Notes under the pieces: generated by a model
Database searches by the model: none
Seen by the model: the letters and a program-made list of their open reading frames with translations, nothing else
What the model was told of the DNA's origin: nothing
Shown: piece after piece, positions 1 through 12,389 of the stretch
Position numbering within the stretch: position 1 is the stretch's first letter
Layout: every line of letters starts with the position of its first letter
Origin: Raillietiella orientalis
Lineage: Eukaryota
NCBI GenBank assembly: GCA_036172245.1
Contig: JAYWIR010000127.1
Location: 62,001 to 91,405, forward strand
Reading direction: 5' to 3'
Length of the DNA stretch: 29,405 nucleotides
Made by a program: the position numbers and the translations under genes

Positions 1-3000
1 TATTTTGTGGTGCATCACATAGATTTTAAAGATTCTACTGTTTCGGAATTACTTTAGCAGATTTGCTTTGCTGAATGAGATTCCGAGGAAAGAATCTAAT
101 CACCCCGTATTGGGATTCGCTTCCTTTGTGCCCACATGCAGTTTCTTCAAAGACATCGAAATGTTCTTCAAAGCATACAGTGTAACAAGCAAGTCAATCT
201 ACTGTGAGGCCTTACGTTCAAAGGAGTCCTTCGTACTTCTAGCTCTTGCTGAGCCAGGTCTTCTCCTTTCAACAGGAGCAGACCAAGTGTTGCACAGACC
301 GAAGTGATAAACAGCTTCTCCGTCGGGACTTCCGTCGATGGATTGATGATTCTTCTCGATGACCAGCAACCTCTCGAGTTTGTTTGTTTTTTCTTCCATT
401 ACTTAGGCAAAAGCTTATCACAGCCCGGCCTGCGCTAAGAGGAAGACGTTCAGCCGGTGGGGTAGTGGTTCTTCCGAATGATGGGAGGTGCGGAAGCAGC
501 TCAGGGCCGAGGAGCGAGCGAGCTGGCGAACGCTGCAACTCCACATTCTCGGGCAATGGGATCCGCTGTGGTGGTTGGGAATGTTGGGTCGTGCCCTCTA
601 AGGAGCGCCTTTTCACCAGGTTGTGCCTGAGCCTCCAGCGTGTTTCTCGCCCTCCCTGTGGCCGATACCACAGGATGAGCGACGGCTTTTAATTCCAAGA
701 GTGACCTCGATGTCGGGGAGAGGTTTCACATTACGGATGACCCTTGAACGTGAATAGACACTAATGCAAATTTCAACAGTTGGGCCTGACGGATTCCCTG
801 TGGCAAAAATCGTATCGGAGACGTCTCCAGGAGCAGAGGTTGCTACGCCGAGCAGGGATAAAAACATAAGCTCGCTGATAAGAAGTTTTTTGTCCATGGG
901 TGCAGCAGTTGCCCATAAATACAAGTAGATATGATTTCTAAATCCTTTCTTATTTTGTTCCTTCAGAAAATTCAACGTTTCCGTGTGCGCTTGACGAATG
1001 CTGGTAACGCCTGCAATAGGCAGCTGGGAAGAGCTATGCAGTGCAAATGTAGTGTTGGTCCACCGCGTACTGAAGAAGCCAATGTGTGTGGAAAGGAGAG
1101 ATGTTAGCTATCCTATCCTTAAGGGCGAATCCGTGTGGATCCATCCGAATGGGGTTTGCTGCCTATGTGCGCAAGGTTGCGGACTATCGAAGTGTGCTGC
1201 TGTTCATGCTGTTTTGCGGAAAACAGGTGCTGTACCAGCCTTTCACCACATTTAGTGGGCTGGAAGGAACACGTACGCGTATAGCAATTAGGACGTTCAT
1301 CTTAAAAGAAGTAGGCAGCAATGACGGAATCGGAGAGACGTGGTAGGTAATCAGGCCTAATGTTGTACATTCTCCAGGGTCACGGGAAACGAACATCAGG
1401 CGTACTCGCTGCGGTGAGTCTGTGATAATCTAACATTTGCAGGCAAACTCTTGCAAGAAAAAAGGGTGCACACGTACAGCCACAACTTTCCGCAAAAAGA
1501 ACGCGGGCACAAAAAAGAGACTCGCCCTCACATCGACCAAAGAATCGAATATGCAACGGAGGCTTCCGGGCTTACCTAGGAGCCAAACACACTTCGGGAT
1601 GCGAACTGCTTGAAGAAAGTGACGCAGCAAATTCTGAAATACAGAAGCCTTCCAGAAAGAGCATTGCATACGAAGGAAATGGTGCTGCAAAGGTGACAAA
1701 GGAATAAAGTGAACTGCGTGCAATGAGAGCAGAAACGGTCAACACAATGGCTAGGCAGGAAAACAAACAACGACACTACTGATATATTTCTCCTTGCACG
1801 CGACCTTCTTTGAGCTGGCTCTGCCGAAGGGAGAAACATTACATCGAAAAGGCCCTTACGGGCTCTGGAGCATCAAGTAGCCTCTCGCGACTCCGAAATG
1901 AAATACTTCAGCGCGACAAAATCGCTTGGACCGGACCGGGGAGGGCACCTCGAAGCTCCTAGGGGGAAAGTGGTTTTCAGTGAGGAAGAGTTGGGAAGGG
2001 TAAGAGTATCTGACGGAACGCACAAGGATTCGTGTTCAGCCACAGCCTTGCATCCTCCGAAAATGAGACCCTGGTTACTGTTCCTACAGCGGCTGTGCAA
2101 CCTACCACTACAGGAAGAATGACGTGAAAGACGAAGTCTTCTTCGCAGGCACAATGAGAAGATCGTCTCTGTGTCCACCGGTGACCATCCCTTTACAATC
2201 TATCCAGAGGTGTTCTTATTTACATTTTTGTTGCTTTTGTTTTATTTTCTTGCCCCTTATCCTTATGCCGCCGAGGTGAATTTCTCTGGTCTGCGCCTTG
2301 GCACGTCGCTTGCGCTTCCTTTGTAAAGAAGGAAAAAAATCCATACCTGGCGCACCCGGGTGAAAAATCACTGTTAACACAGCCCTCGAGAATGCGTGGA
2401 GCATCAGAGACCTGTGTGGAAGAGCACGAAGTGATGCAAGCTTGCGGAGTATTTCCGGAAGTCTCACCTCGTGCTCCTGCAGCAGGTGCAATCTTTCTTC
2501 ATGCAGATCACTTTCGTGGTCGAACAGTCCTCACGAGAAATCCTTTGGGGCGAAGTGCGGTTTCGTATACATATTTGGAGTCGCATGTCTCTTTCCAATC
2601 TTCACCTAAGTTAGGTAATGCCACTTGTTCTCTTCGACGAGGACAGTCGCTTGAGTCGGCGGCGATCAAGTGACCTGACACAATGAACCTCATCGTAACC
2701 AGCGAATACGCTCTTTTCTACTGTGAATACTATCGGAACAAGGTTCAATTTTTGGAGAAGTTGAGGTGATCCTTCATTGCAACCAACGCACTCTGGGATG
2801 ACACCACACGGCAGGGAAAATCCCTTCTGATTTTTCTGCATTTAGAAAAGCGCTTTCCAAGTCTGCGCCTACAAGTCAATAAAATATGAGCGGAGGTGTA
2901 CATCACTAATCCGTGGACAGAGAAGCGTCAAAGGTCCGACTCCTTTGACCAATCATGCCATGGTGCTTACCTCTGTTCAGGAATGAGATGACCAGAACAA

Positions 3001-5459
3001 AGAAGGCCTACCCTTGTGAGATCACAACAGCATGGAGTTTGATAAGGCTACTGCAGAAAAGAAGACACGCAGCATGTCCGGAGTCCTGATCAGCCATCGG
3101 AAAGGTAAGAGGAACTCCGAACCATCCAGACGGGCTGTTCCATCGACACGGTAACGGATTGAGATCTACCACACTGATTCCGTGCCGGTGGTATCCTTCG
3201 CATCCCTCACCGTTTTCGTGGAAAAAAAGCGCGTCAGATAATCTTTTTGCAAGACCGCGATTCTGGTGGGCATCCTGATATTACACGACTCCGGCGAGAC
3301 CACAAGTCTGGCAGACGGTGCAGCAGGCCTGCCAAAACTCTGATGCCCAATGGTGTTTTCCGACGCAGCACGCAGATCGCGTGATAAGGCAGAATTATGA
3401 GCAAGTGCGCCTCCCGATCAGGAATGAGCTACAGAGACGCTCGAGTGAGCCATGCAGACGCTGACGGCGGAGGAGGCTCCTAGCCGGCTTGCGCCATTCT
3501 TCCCGATCAAACGAATGCAGCGGCCATTGGAGGGTGGCGAGGGAAACTCCCTCCCTTGCGCACGAGCTCTCTGCAGAATTTGCGAAACTCTTTGCAGCAC
3601 AATTCGCTCACACAGATTGGCGCTAAGGATCGGGAGACGGGCCAAGCACTTGACTCAGGCATCAGCCAGCCTTTCACTGTTGGCAAAAAAAAACGACCAG
3701 GACAGCTTGAGCACCCACTGCTTTACATCTCAGTCGTTAACGCTGACAATTTTCTCTGCTCAGTGCGAAGTCGGTATGAAAAAGCGATCTAACGACTTCA
3801 CGGTATTTCTACTGGGTGCACATAGAGGTTCCGTGTTCCAATTGTAGAATTGTGTGTTGCGCGCTGTAATGGTGGACACAGCATACTTACGCTGGAGAGA
3901 TTGGAGCTTCAGCTAGAGTTTAGAGAGCTTGCCCTTGTGGTGAAGTAATGGACCACGCCTTGGTGAGCACAGTAAGAAGTGTCTCTCTGGAAGAGCGCCC
4001 TCATGCAAAGTATTTTCGCCGATTCCCGTACGAAGGAGATTATCCTGAGGTTTTGCGGCCATCAGCTGCAGCAAATGGTTTCTTTGATTCAAGAGAACAG
4101 CTGAATCTCCCTAATTTTGGCCAACTGCACTGCCAGGATCCACGAAGCTGTTTGAGTGTGCGAAAAGATTTATGGCTGTAGCGGGTCGGAGTACGCCTGG
4201 CTCCGGAAAAAGAGGCATTGTCGACACCCGCCACAGGAGATAGGATGAGCAGCCCACGCAAGCAGCTGCGGAACTCGTTTACACCACGTGTTGCATAGCT
4301 GCGCTCCCTAATCTCACGCGGTGATACTCAACTACCAAAGTGGGAAGTAGCCTGCCCCCTTTAAGGTAGAAAGAAAATGCACGAAGCGGGACGAGTGGCG
4401 TCTTCAGTGGCAGCGGCTGGGCGCATGGGGCGATGATCGCAGCTCTCTGGCGCCTACTCGGCTCTCCTTTCTGGATGACTCATTCAGATCAATACTAAGT
4501 GGTGCGTATATCACCAGGTTATCCATTCAGCTGTTTTCTCGAGTTACATTGAACAGTTGCGAAGTACATGGAAAGATTTATGTACATCAAAAACAAAATT
4601 CGTTCCAGTCATCGGGTGAACAGAGGGTGAACAGCAGAAGATTTAAACGCGATCTCATAGAGGATGGACTGCATTTCATTTCAAAAGAGAACATAAAACT
4701 CAGTGCAGCATACGAACCTTTCTCTCCTGGTCATCGTCTGCTTCTCAACGAAAAGCTAGAAGGTTGGCTGCCTCAGAATGGTATGCTTATGTCGCAGCAA
4801 GTCTGCGACTGAGACGTACAAAAGTGTGCGATTCGAACGCCAACACTTTCTCTCCTATCCGAGTGCTTCCGTTCACACAGTCCACTTCTAAGCATCTCCT
4901 GAGTCTACTTTATACAGTGTACTTGTTACAAGAAACAACGAGCCCCATCGAACATGCATTAAAAAGGGGACACCGCAAACAACGAGCTTTGTAATTGCGG
5001 CATCCAGGAATTCGTCGTGCTTGCATGATTACACCAGAGGGAAAAAATTGAATAATATGGTGTTTTCACAGCAGTGCTTAATTGAGTATACGCTTCGGAT
5101 GATGCTTCATTTAAGAAGCTGTGATTCTTGATAACAAAGAGGTACTGCCCGAGAAAACTTCATGAGGCGCTGCATCAATCCCTCATCAGTACGTATCAAC
5201 ACTTTCCCAAAAGCGAACATGGAATACACGATTCAGATTCTGCTGAAACATTACTCAGAAATGTGCACCTGGAAATGCATTTCTCGAATGATCTCTTAAG
5301 AAACCCGTACAAGTAGGTCTGTATGCATTCTGAAGACGAATGTGCGCTTTTTGCTGCATTTGCTCACTTGCAAACGTATCCGTGATTCTCACGCAAGAAG
5401 TACTGTAAACAGAATCCACCCTCGTAAGTGTTAGCACATAGGAATACAAGATTCCAATG

Positions 5460-6055
5460 CTAGCAAAGAAAATCATCCATGTGGCTCGTGAATGATTCCT
5501 GAATTCGCGTATCGGTGTTTCGCAGCATGCTAGTCGTGAAGAGTCCTATAAAGTGTTCCGACGCGATGGGCGGAATCATGGGATGTCCTGAAGGTGGGAT
5601 TCCCAATTGGATGGTTTGTGATGACAACAACGAAATAAAGTCTTCCGAGAAGAAGCATTCGAAGTCATGGAAAATTTCAATTTGGGAGTCGCAAAGAAAT
5701 GAACACACAGACGGATGCGCAAAGATGCATTGGCACACCAAAGAGGGGGAACACATGGAATCCGTTTTTCACGGGATCTGCACGTTCGTGTTTCCCGTCA
5801 AAATGAAGACGTCGTTCCAGGAGGAACTTTGGTTTGCTCCGAAGCACATGAAATCCTTCAACGGTAGCGAATCAATCACCTCCGAACTCGAAAGGACATG
5901 TGCAAAGAAAATTCGAGGCTTCAGGGTGCTTCCATCGATAGGTATCAGCATTACGGGCGTTTGCGTGTCAATTGAAGAGCCACAATGGTAAATCCAGAAA
6001 CGGTAAAGAGTAGGATATGCGACGTAATCCCAATTAGGATACACAGTCAAGTGCC
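5460..6055 (-). pseudogene. Possible coding remnant or exon, unidentified
   Basis: Two same-frame ORFs (5769-6050, 5460-5756) separated by one TGA, preceded by a TGCAG acceptor-like site and mirrored by a 158-aa opposite-strand ORF. Confidence 0.2.
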
Positions 6056-9000
6056 TGCAGCCTGTCGGCGGCTGCTCTTCTTGACCTCTTCTGGTGAGAC
6101 GGAAATTGACCTTCCAGTATGCTGTTGTCGTAGAAATGCGCGTTCCCCTTGATCGCGGACAGTGCCGGAGATTTATGCGGACGTCTTTTCAAAGAAAAGA
6201 AAATGCAGTGCGCGGGTTCATTGTTCATGGGAATATGCACACGTTCCTATGCATCTTCCTCATCCGAAATCCATTCGCAGACAAGAGCAGTCTCATCATG
6301 AGGACGGGAAGCGGAGGGAAGGAGAACCGAAGAATGAAAACGCACCGTGTTGGAAACGCGTGCAGCGAGTGAAGATGAAAGAGAGCGGGAAGCGGAATTC
6401 GGAGTAGAAAAATAGCAGAAAGACGCAACACCGGGATGATTAAGGGTTAATGGGAAGGGCGACGGAGGAATAGGCAAAATGGAGACTGAGAATGGTTTGG
6501 GTATAGCAGCACATTGGAATGGAAAAAAGAAGAAGGAAGAAAGCCATTAGGAAAACGAAGAAGGAATGAAAAGGTGAACACAAAAAAAAGGAAAGTGTTT
6601 GGAACGATAACGATAGTCGGGTGAGGGAAGGAAGGAATAAGGTATGCACATGACATAAGGAAGGGGAAAATCATGAATGAGTTAATCCGCTGTGGAGCGA
6701 GGGTGGGACGACGGAGAAGGGATGCTGAGGCTGTAGAAGTAAGTAAAATGACGGTAATGGAGACGCAAAGAGGAAAGGAACACCGAGAACTCTACCCAAA
6801 CTTACACCGAATAAGATCCAAAAGATCCGAGGTATGCGGGCTTGTGGATGTCTGTAAAAGTGAAGATTACGAGTTGCGTACGAGCGCGCAGAGCAGCGTG
6901 CATCCTGAGAAAAAAAAAGGTGCGCGCACGCAATGAAGAAAGAGGGCTGCTTGCCTTCGTGATACATTCGCAAATTTTGAATTCAGTAGCGCACGCCTCT
7001 CCGAAGTGACCCGTCAACTTGCATTTGTTTTTCACACTTCGCAACGTTTTCGCCGCGCGGACAAGCGCGCGCTTGGAAGCACAAATCGGAATGTACATCA
7101 GGTGGATTCTCGAGAACGAAGTTTGTGCGCTTCTCGTGGATGCATACGAAATCAACGGGCAGTGCCACAGACAGCTGGAACCAGAGTTTCTGCTTGCAAA
7201 CCGAGATATCAGAAAGATCATGGGAAACAGATGGTGCGAATTCTCCTGTTGCCACAAAAGCGGAAAAATAGATGGAATTATATTTAGGGAGGCACATGTT
7301 GCGAGCATCATGGAAGATGAACGTGCATTCGATGAGTGCTCAACCATTATCATGGCACTCCGGTAAATCAGCATGCAAGAGAATTCTCTTGCGAACGTCA
7401 ACACACGAAAAGATAGAATCACTGTGAACGACAAGGCAGAAAAGGAAAATATGTAAAGTTGCTCGCACACGCTCTTACGTTGGATACACCTGCATGGATT
7501 CTAGAATCCGGTAATCAGGGCATTGATAAGTGCAGCAATATCCAAAAGATAACGGTTGCTGTTTGTTGTAACCCTCCTCTTCCCGGTAAAACCATTACGT
7601 CAGAAGCAGTTGCAGTTGTCGATCACTAGATAAGGCAGCAATGCAGAGGAAGGGTAAAAGATGAAGGAGAAGGATGTAGAGGAGAATAAAAATGGGGGAG
7701 ATCTGGCAGAGTGAAAGAGATGGACGGTGTATGGAAAAGGAAAAGAAGCGTACTAAAAGGAAGAGAGGGAGTAAAAGGTTTGCTGTCGTACAAGGAGGAC
7801 TAGAGGGTGGAGCAGAAATTGGACAAAGAGGAAAAATGGAGAATGAGAATTCATAGAATTCTGCACATCGAAACGAAGAAAGAGGCTGTTGAGACAAATG
7901 GGACATCCAGTTGAGGAACGCCTCTAAGCAGACGCAAAGTGCAGAAGCTTCTCTTTAGACATCAGATGGTAGGTGGACATGAGACGTCAAAACTATGAAA
8001 GCTTCCTGCCATAAAGGAGAATCGTACGCTCCCAATGAAGAAACAGTGCTTTTTCCGTTGCTTTTTGGTTTCAGAATTCTGTTTTAGTGGTTTCCAGAGA
8101 AAGAAGTTGGACGAATACCTAAAATGCAGGTTGAGCTGGATCCCAGGGAAAGACATCGAGGCGTTCGCCACAGTTCCCATATTACTTAAAGATTCCGTGC
8201 AGGAAGCACCAGGGGATTCAGAAAGCGACGTTACAGCGTTACAAGCTATACGAGGGTCTCATTCTTTTTCAGGAAGACATCCCGCACTACAAAAGCTTGG
8301 GAATGTCAATATCCTCCGAGTAGATATCGAGCTGCCCAATTTGAGACGATCCAGCCACACGTCGCGATACAGCAGTCCATCCCATAGACCTTAGCAAGAA
8401 GATGCAGATTGGATGCGCAGCTTTGAGGTCAAGGACCCAAGATCAGTGTCTCCAGGCTTAGGACAACAAGCTCCAAGAAACCTGCCAACGTTACTTTTCC
8501 TGGTCCAGGCGACAAGATGCTGAAGCTGTCTCATCTACGTCCACTGGTTCCCTATTTCGAAGGCGTTCAGACCAAAATGAATGGGTGGATGAAGAGACAG
8601 GGAGTCCTTCCCTCTTCTTCTCTCGTTCTCGTTCTTGTCCTCCACTGGTGGACTGAGGTGCGGATGTCGCGGACTATAGAGACATCTCTTTGTAAGTGCG
8701 TGAGCGGTCAGCCGACGAAACCATCAGTTGCAGCCCACTCGCAAGTCTTGTCGATCTCGTCGTTTCCTGGATCGCATCGACTGTCAGGTGATTGCATCCG
8801 GCTTCTGCGTTCGCCAGGTCCACTTCTCCTGCCAGCAACCAGTCCGAAAAGGTCGATCAACGGTGATATAGAGGTACCTGCAGATTCTGGGAAGGCTCCT
8901 GAGGATGCGTTTTGCTGCTGAGACTGCTCCTTTTGCCTTAACGCATCCAACCAGCTAAGGAGGACGGAAAGGGAGGTGTACAAGTGGGTAGAATTTGAAG

Positions 9001-9926
9001 GAATATTCCTTTCCGCGAATGCTTCTTCTTTTTTCGAGGCTGCTTTCGAGATGAAAAAACAGCCGCAGCAAACAAACAGAGGTTTGAACGAGAACTGCGC
9101 TTTTCAAAGTGTGGAGACGGCTGGTGGGTCCTCAACGCAGAACTTGTAGTCTTACATTCTTTCTGGCTTGCCATGGACTGCTATTACCTTCGCTTTCTTC
9201 GTTTTTCAAGAAAGCAAATCGTCTTCGCTCTTGTTTTTCCTTCCTTCATCTACACGTAAAAGCCACCCCTGCCTGCACGGCAAGAGGCCTGTGCAAGAAC
9301 CGTGCGTTTCTTAAAGGGAAGATCATAAAAAATAAAGGAACTCGCAAAGCCTGTTTTTTACCCTTTTGTCCCACTGTTTTTTTCACTCAAGCGTTGCCAA
9401 GGAGGGACCAGCAATCGTTAAAATGCTAAACACAGTGGAGATATCTGTCTGAGAGTCTGCCCACTATCTGCTCCGAATAGGAATGTCTGGAGAAAGCAGA
9501 GAAGTGGCTCATATCCTGGCAACCTGGCCACATAAAACACAAGACAACAACAGAAGCAATAAAAGAACATCCGAAGACTATGTAGAAGTGGATTGCACTG
9601 ACACGTGCAACAAGATCACTCGGAAAGACGCAAACTCTATGGTGTTTGTGTAGGAGACGATGTCGTAAAACATAGGATCCTTATGAAGAAGAAATAGGAG
9701 ATCCTAAATAGATGATGATGGCTGTCGGAATGTAACGTCTGAAGCGTCTGCCTACAAAGGGGATTCCCTTCTTTACATTCTACTTCTAAATGCAATGCTT
9801 TCCTACCCGGTTGCCCTTAAACGTTTATTGACAATTCGGATCATTTGGAGACATGGGTCCCAGGCAAAGGGAACAAAAGTTCGGAGAGAAGGCTCCCGAC
9901 ACGAAGGGAGGACACAAGAAAATGCG

Positions 9927-10370
9927 ATGCTCGAAATTTTCGACTTGAATAAGTTTTTGGAGATTTACAATTGGAACAAAGAGTATGTCGTGAACTGTGA
10001 AGAGTGCTACCAGCAATACATCGATATTGAGAAGACATGGAAGCACCGTGAAAAATCGTGTGCGAACATGTACGAATGAGATAACGGACGCTTGGGCAAA
10101 GAACGAGAAGTACGTTCGCAGCAGAGCGCTTGCAGAGGTCGCGACCGAGCTGCAGGGCTGCTGCAGCTCCTTCAACACTCGTTGGTCAACGATGAGCTCT
10201 CTTCTCGCTGTTCCTGGAAAAGTAGAGAAGGCGACGACGAGCAAGCAGTGCTGGATGCTGGTGGGACAGGAGAACAGGCAGCAAAGAGGGAAGTCGTTCC
10301 GGAAGTATTAAGTAGAATGATGAGTCGGCAGAATATTAAGCTCTTCCATATCCTTTGCCAGTTCTTGTAG
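9927..10370 (+). pseudogene. Frameshifted coding remnant of unknown protein
   Basis: Protein-like, GC3-biased segments (MLEIFDLNKFLEIYNWNKEY..., EITDAWAKNEKYVRSRALAEVATEL) that switch frame near 10075, with an antisense shadow ORF at 9825-10244. Confidence 0.3.
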
Positions 10371-11777
10371 CGAGAAAGCAACCGCTATTAAGGTAACTAT
10401 GATCCATACCACCGCTGTATTCAGGCTGGCACCTCGGCTGAGTACGCATCGGTCGCCTTCGTGTCGAGAAGAGTGGCTGCTTTCGTGCGATGGTTCCTCG
10501 TGCAGGTGAAATCGGATAGTCTTCAACGCACTCCTGCCTTGTGGGAGAACTACTCACTGGCATGAAAAAGCCTCAGTTTTCCGTGAAACCGCACCCAATA
10601 CCCCGCATGAGCGTCGTGGCATTGCTCTGCCTCATCAGCACCGCTACAGGGCAAGTGATCTTATATAGAGACAGCTCTCGCGAGCCAGAAAGCGGTTTGT
10701 ATGGAGTACGCAGCAGGAGCATCTCTCGAGTCCGCACTCTTTGCTTTGGAAGGGACAAGAACGAAATGGTCAGAATTCAGAGCAGGGCCATCAGCAAAGA
10801 CGTTAGCTTCGTCTGGAAGTGTTAAACACGGTTTTGCAGGGGCAACATATATTATTCAGTAATGTTCAGTGCTCAGATGTGGCGAAGCAGTTGGTTGCAT
10901 CATTATGTGCACGCAAGTAGCCATGACCGTCGCGTAGAGGAATGAGCCTCATTTCTAGAGCAATAGGGAAGAAAAAACCCGAAAACAAGAAATCAACAAA
11001 GAATGCAAAATGGAGAAATAAGTTTCACCGGGGGGCGAGAGGTGACAGTAAAAGTAGTCACACATTACTTGGGAGAAGATCTTAGCATCCTTCATATTAA
11101 ACCTAGTTGTTTACGTATCTCTCACAATTGTGGCCATCTCGAGAAGGTGATCAAGAAGATTGCTGCCAAGTGGATGGCGTCTTCACCATTTCTATCTTCT
11201 CTGCTTGTGCACCACACCACCAGAACACCTCAAAGACAAAAGGGTCACATATTTCTATTTATACACCATAATCAAAAAAGAAACAACCATTACATATCCT
11301 AGAAACAGAAAACACCTATTATGCAAAACAAAATACATATCACTCTATTCCTCCCCAACCCCATTGACGATCATTCCATGAATACTACTCGATTTTAACG
11401 AATAATTCACAAACTCACACTCACAACTACCAACCTAACCAACACCACTATGTACTTCGGAACCAAAATTCACGTACATTACTACAAATAGTTATTCTTA
11501 CTGCAATGAACGAAGCTGGAGGTAGTGCGGCGAGCGCAAAAAGGCGTTTGCAAATAACTCTTGAGTCTCCAGCCGGGATTCCTGGAGTCACCGAGAAACT
11601 ATCCTTAGAGAAAGGGAGTGCAACACCGCCTAACAGGAAATTCAGTAATGTTTCCTTTTCTTCGCATCGATCTTGTTGGCAATCGCAGTTTCATGTGTCA
11701 AATGAAGGAAACGTGCTTTGCTTCCGAATGCAGCATCAGCGATGCCAACTCCTGTCATGAAGGGCGTGGCACTGTAC

Positions 11778-11910
11778 CAAGACTACGTGAGCTACCTCAG
11801 CTCCTGCGGAGGTGTGGCAAACAGCACGCACTAGCGAACCAATTGCAGCTACAGCGCCCACTTTTCGTCGGGGATCAACTAAGAGAACTTCTGCTTCAGG
11901 GTGGTCAACT
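11778..11910 (-). pseudogene. Exon-like coding segment of unknown protein with five in-frame TAG codons
   Basis: Strong G/C bias at third codon positions, an upstream pyrimidine-rich tract plus CAG acceptor-like site (11911-11912), and a GT at 11777-11776. Confidence 0.35.
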
Positions 11911-12389
11911 CTGCCGTGAAACACGGACACAGCAAAGAAGCAGGTCGTTCTCGCCTGGCACCTTCCCTCCCTTGCGATTTCCAATAGAGGTGATGATCAC
12001 ACTGATCGCGAAAGGCTTGTCGAGACTACCTTATGTGTATATATATTTCCTATCGCCTAGACGTCAACCGGCAGCAAAAGGTGAGGAAAATCTTGCTTCA
12101 GAAAAGGTATGAAGTCAACGGAACAATAGTACGTTGGCATGAAACGCCTATCGTACCGTAGCCTACCGGCACTGGTCTCCCAATAAAATGGCAAATTCAG
12201 ACTGTCAGCTGTGACTTTCCGCACCAGGACGGAGCTTAGCCAGCCGGAGGACGTCTGAGATGCTCTCGTACCGTTAAACGTGCAAGTTTTACACTGCATA
12301 GCAGGCGCTTTCCACACATCCTTTAAGCAGCCGCGCCTGCTCGCAGACCCTCGAATCTATTGCTTGGGACTCTCCTATTCCACTGATTA

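Noticed and set aside
211..3890. Five minus-strand GTAAG donor sites as proof of a spliced gene
   Set aside because: About four occurrences of a given 5-mer are expected by chance in 4 kb, and no consistent exon chain could be built.
4822..4900. tRNA or tRNA-derived SINE suggested by GTTCGAATC on the minus strand
   Set aside because: No cloverleaf stems or A box found.
6225..7906. Phe/Leu/Ser-rich minus-strand ORFs as membrane proteins
   Set aside because: Mostly by-products of pyrimidine-rich low-complexity DNA.
9997..10311. hAT transposase suggested by NTRWST
   Set aside because: Single short motif. No supporting C-x-x-H, catalytic residues or terminal inverted repeats were found.
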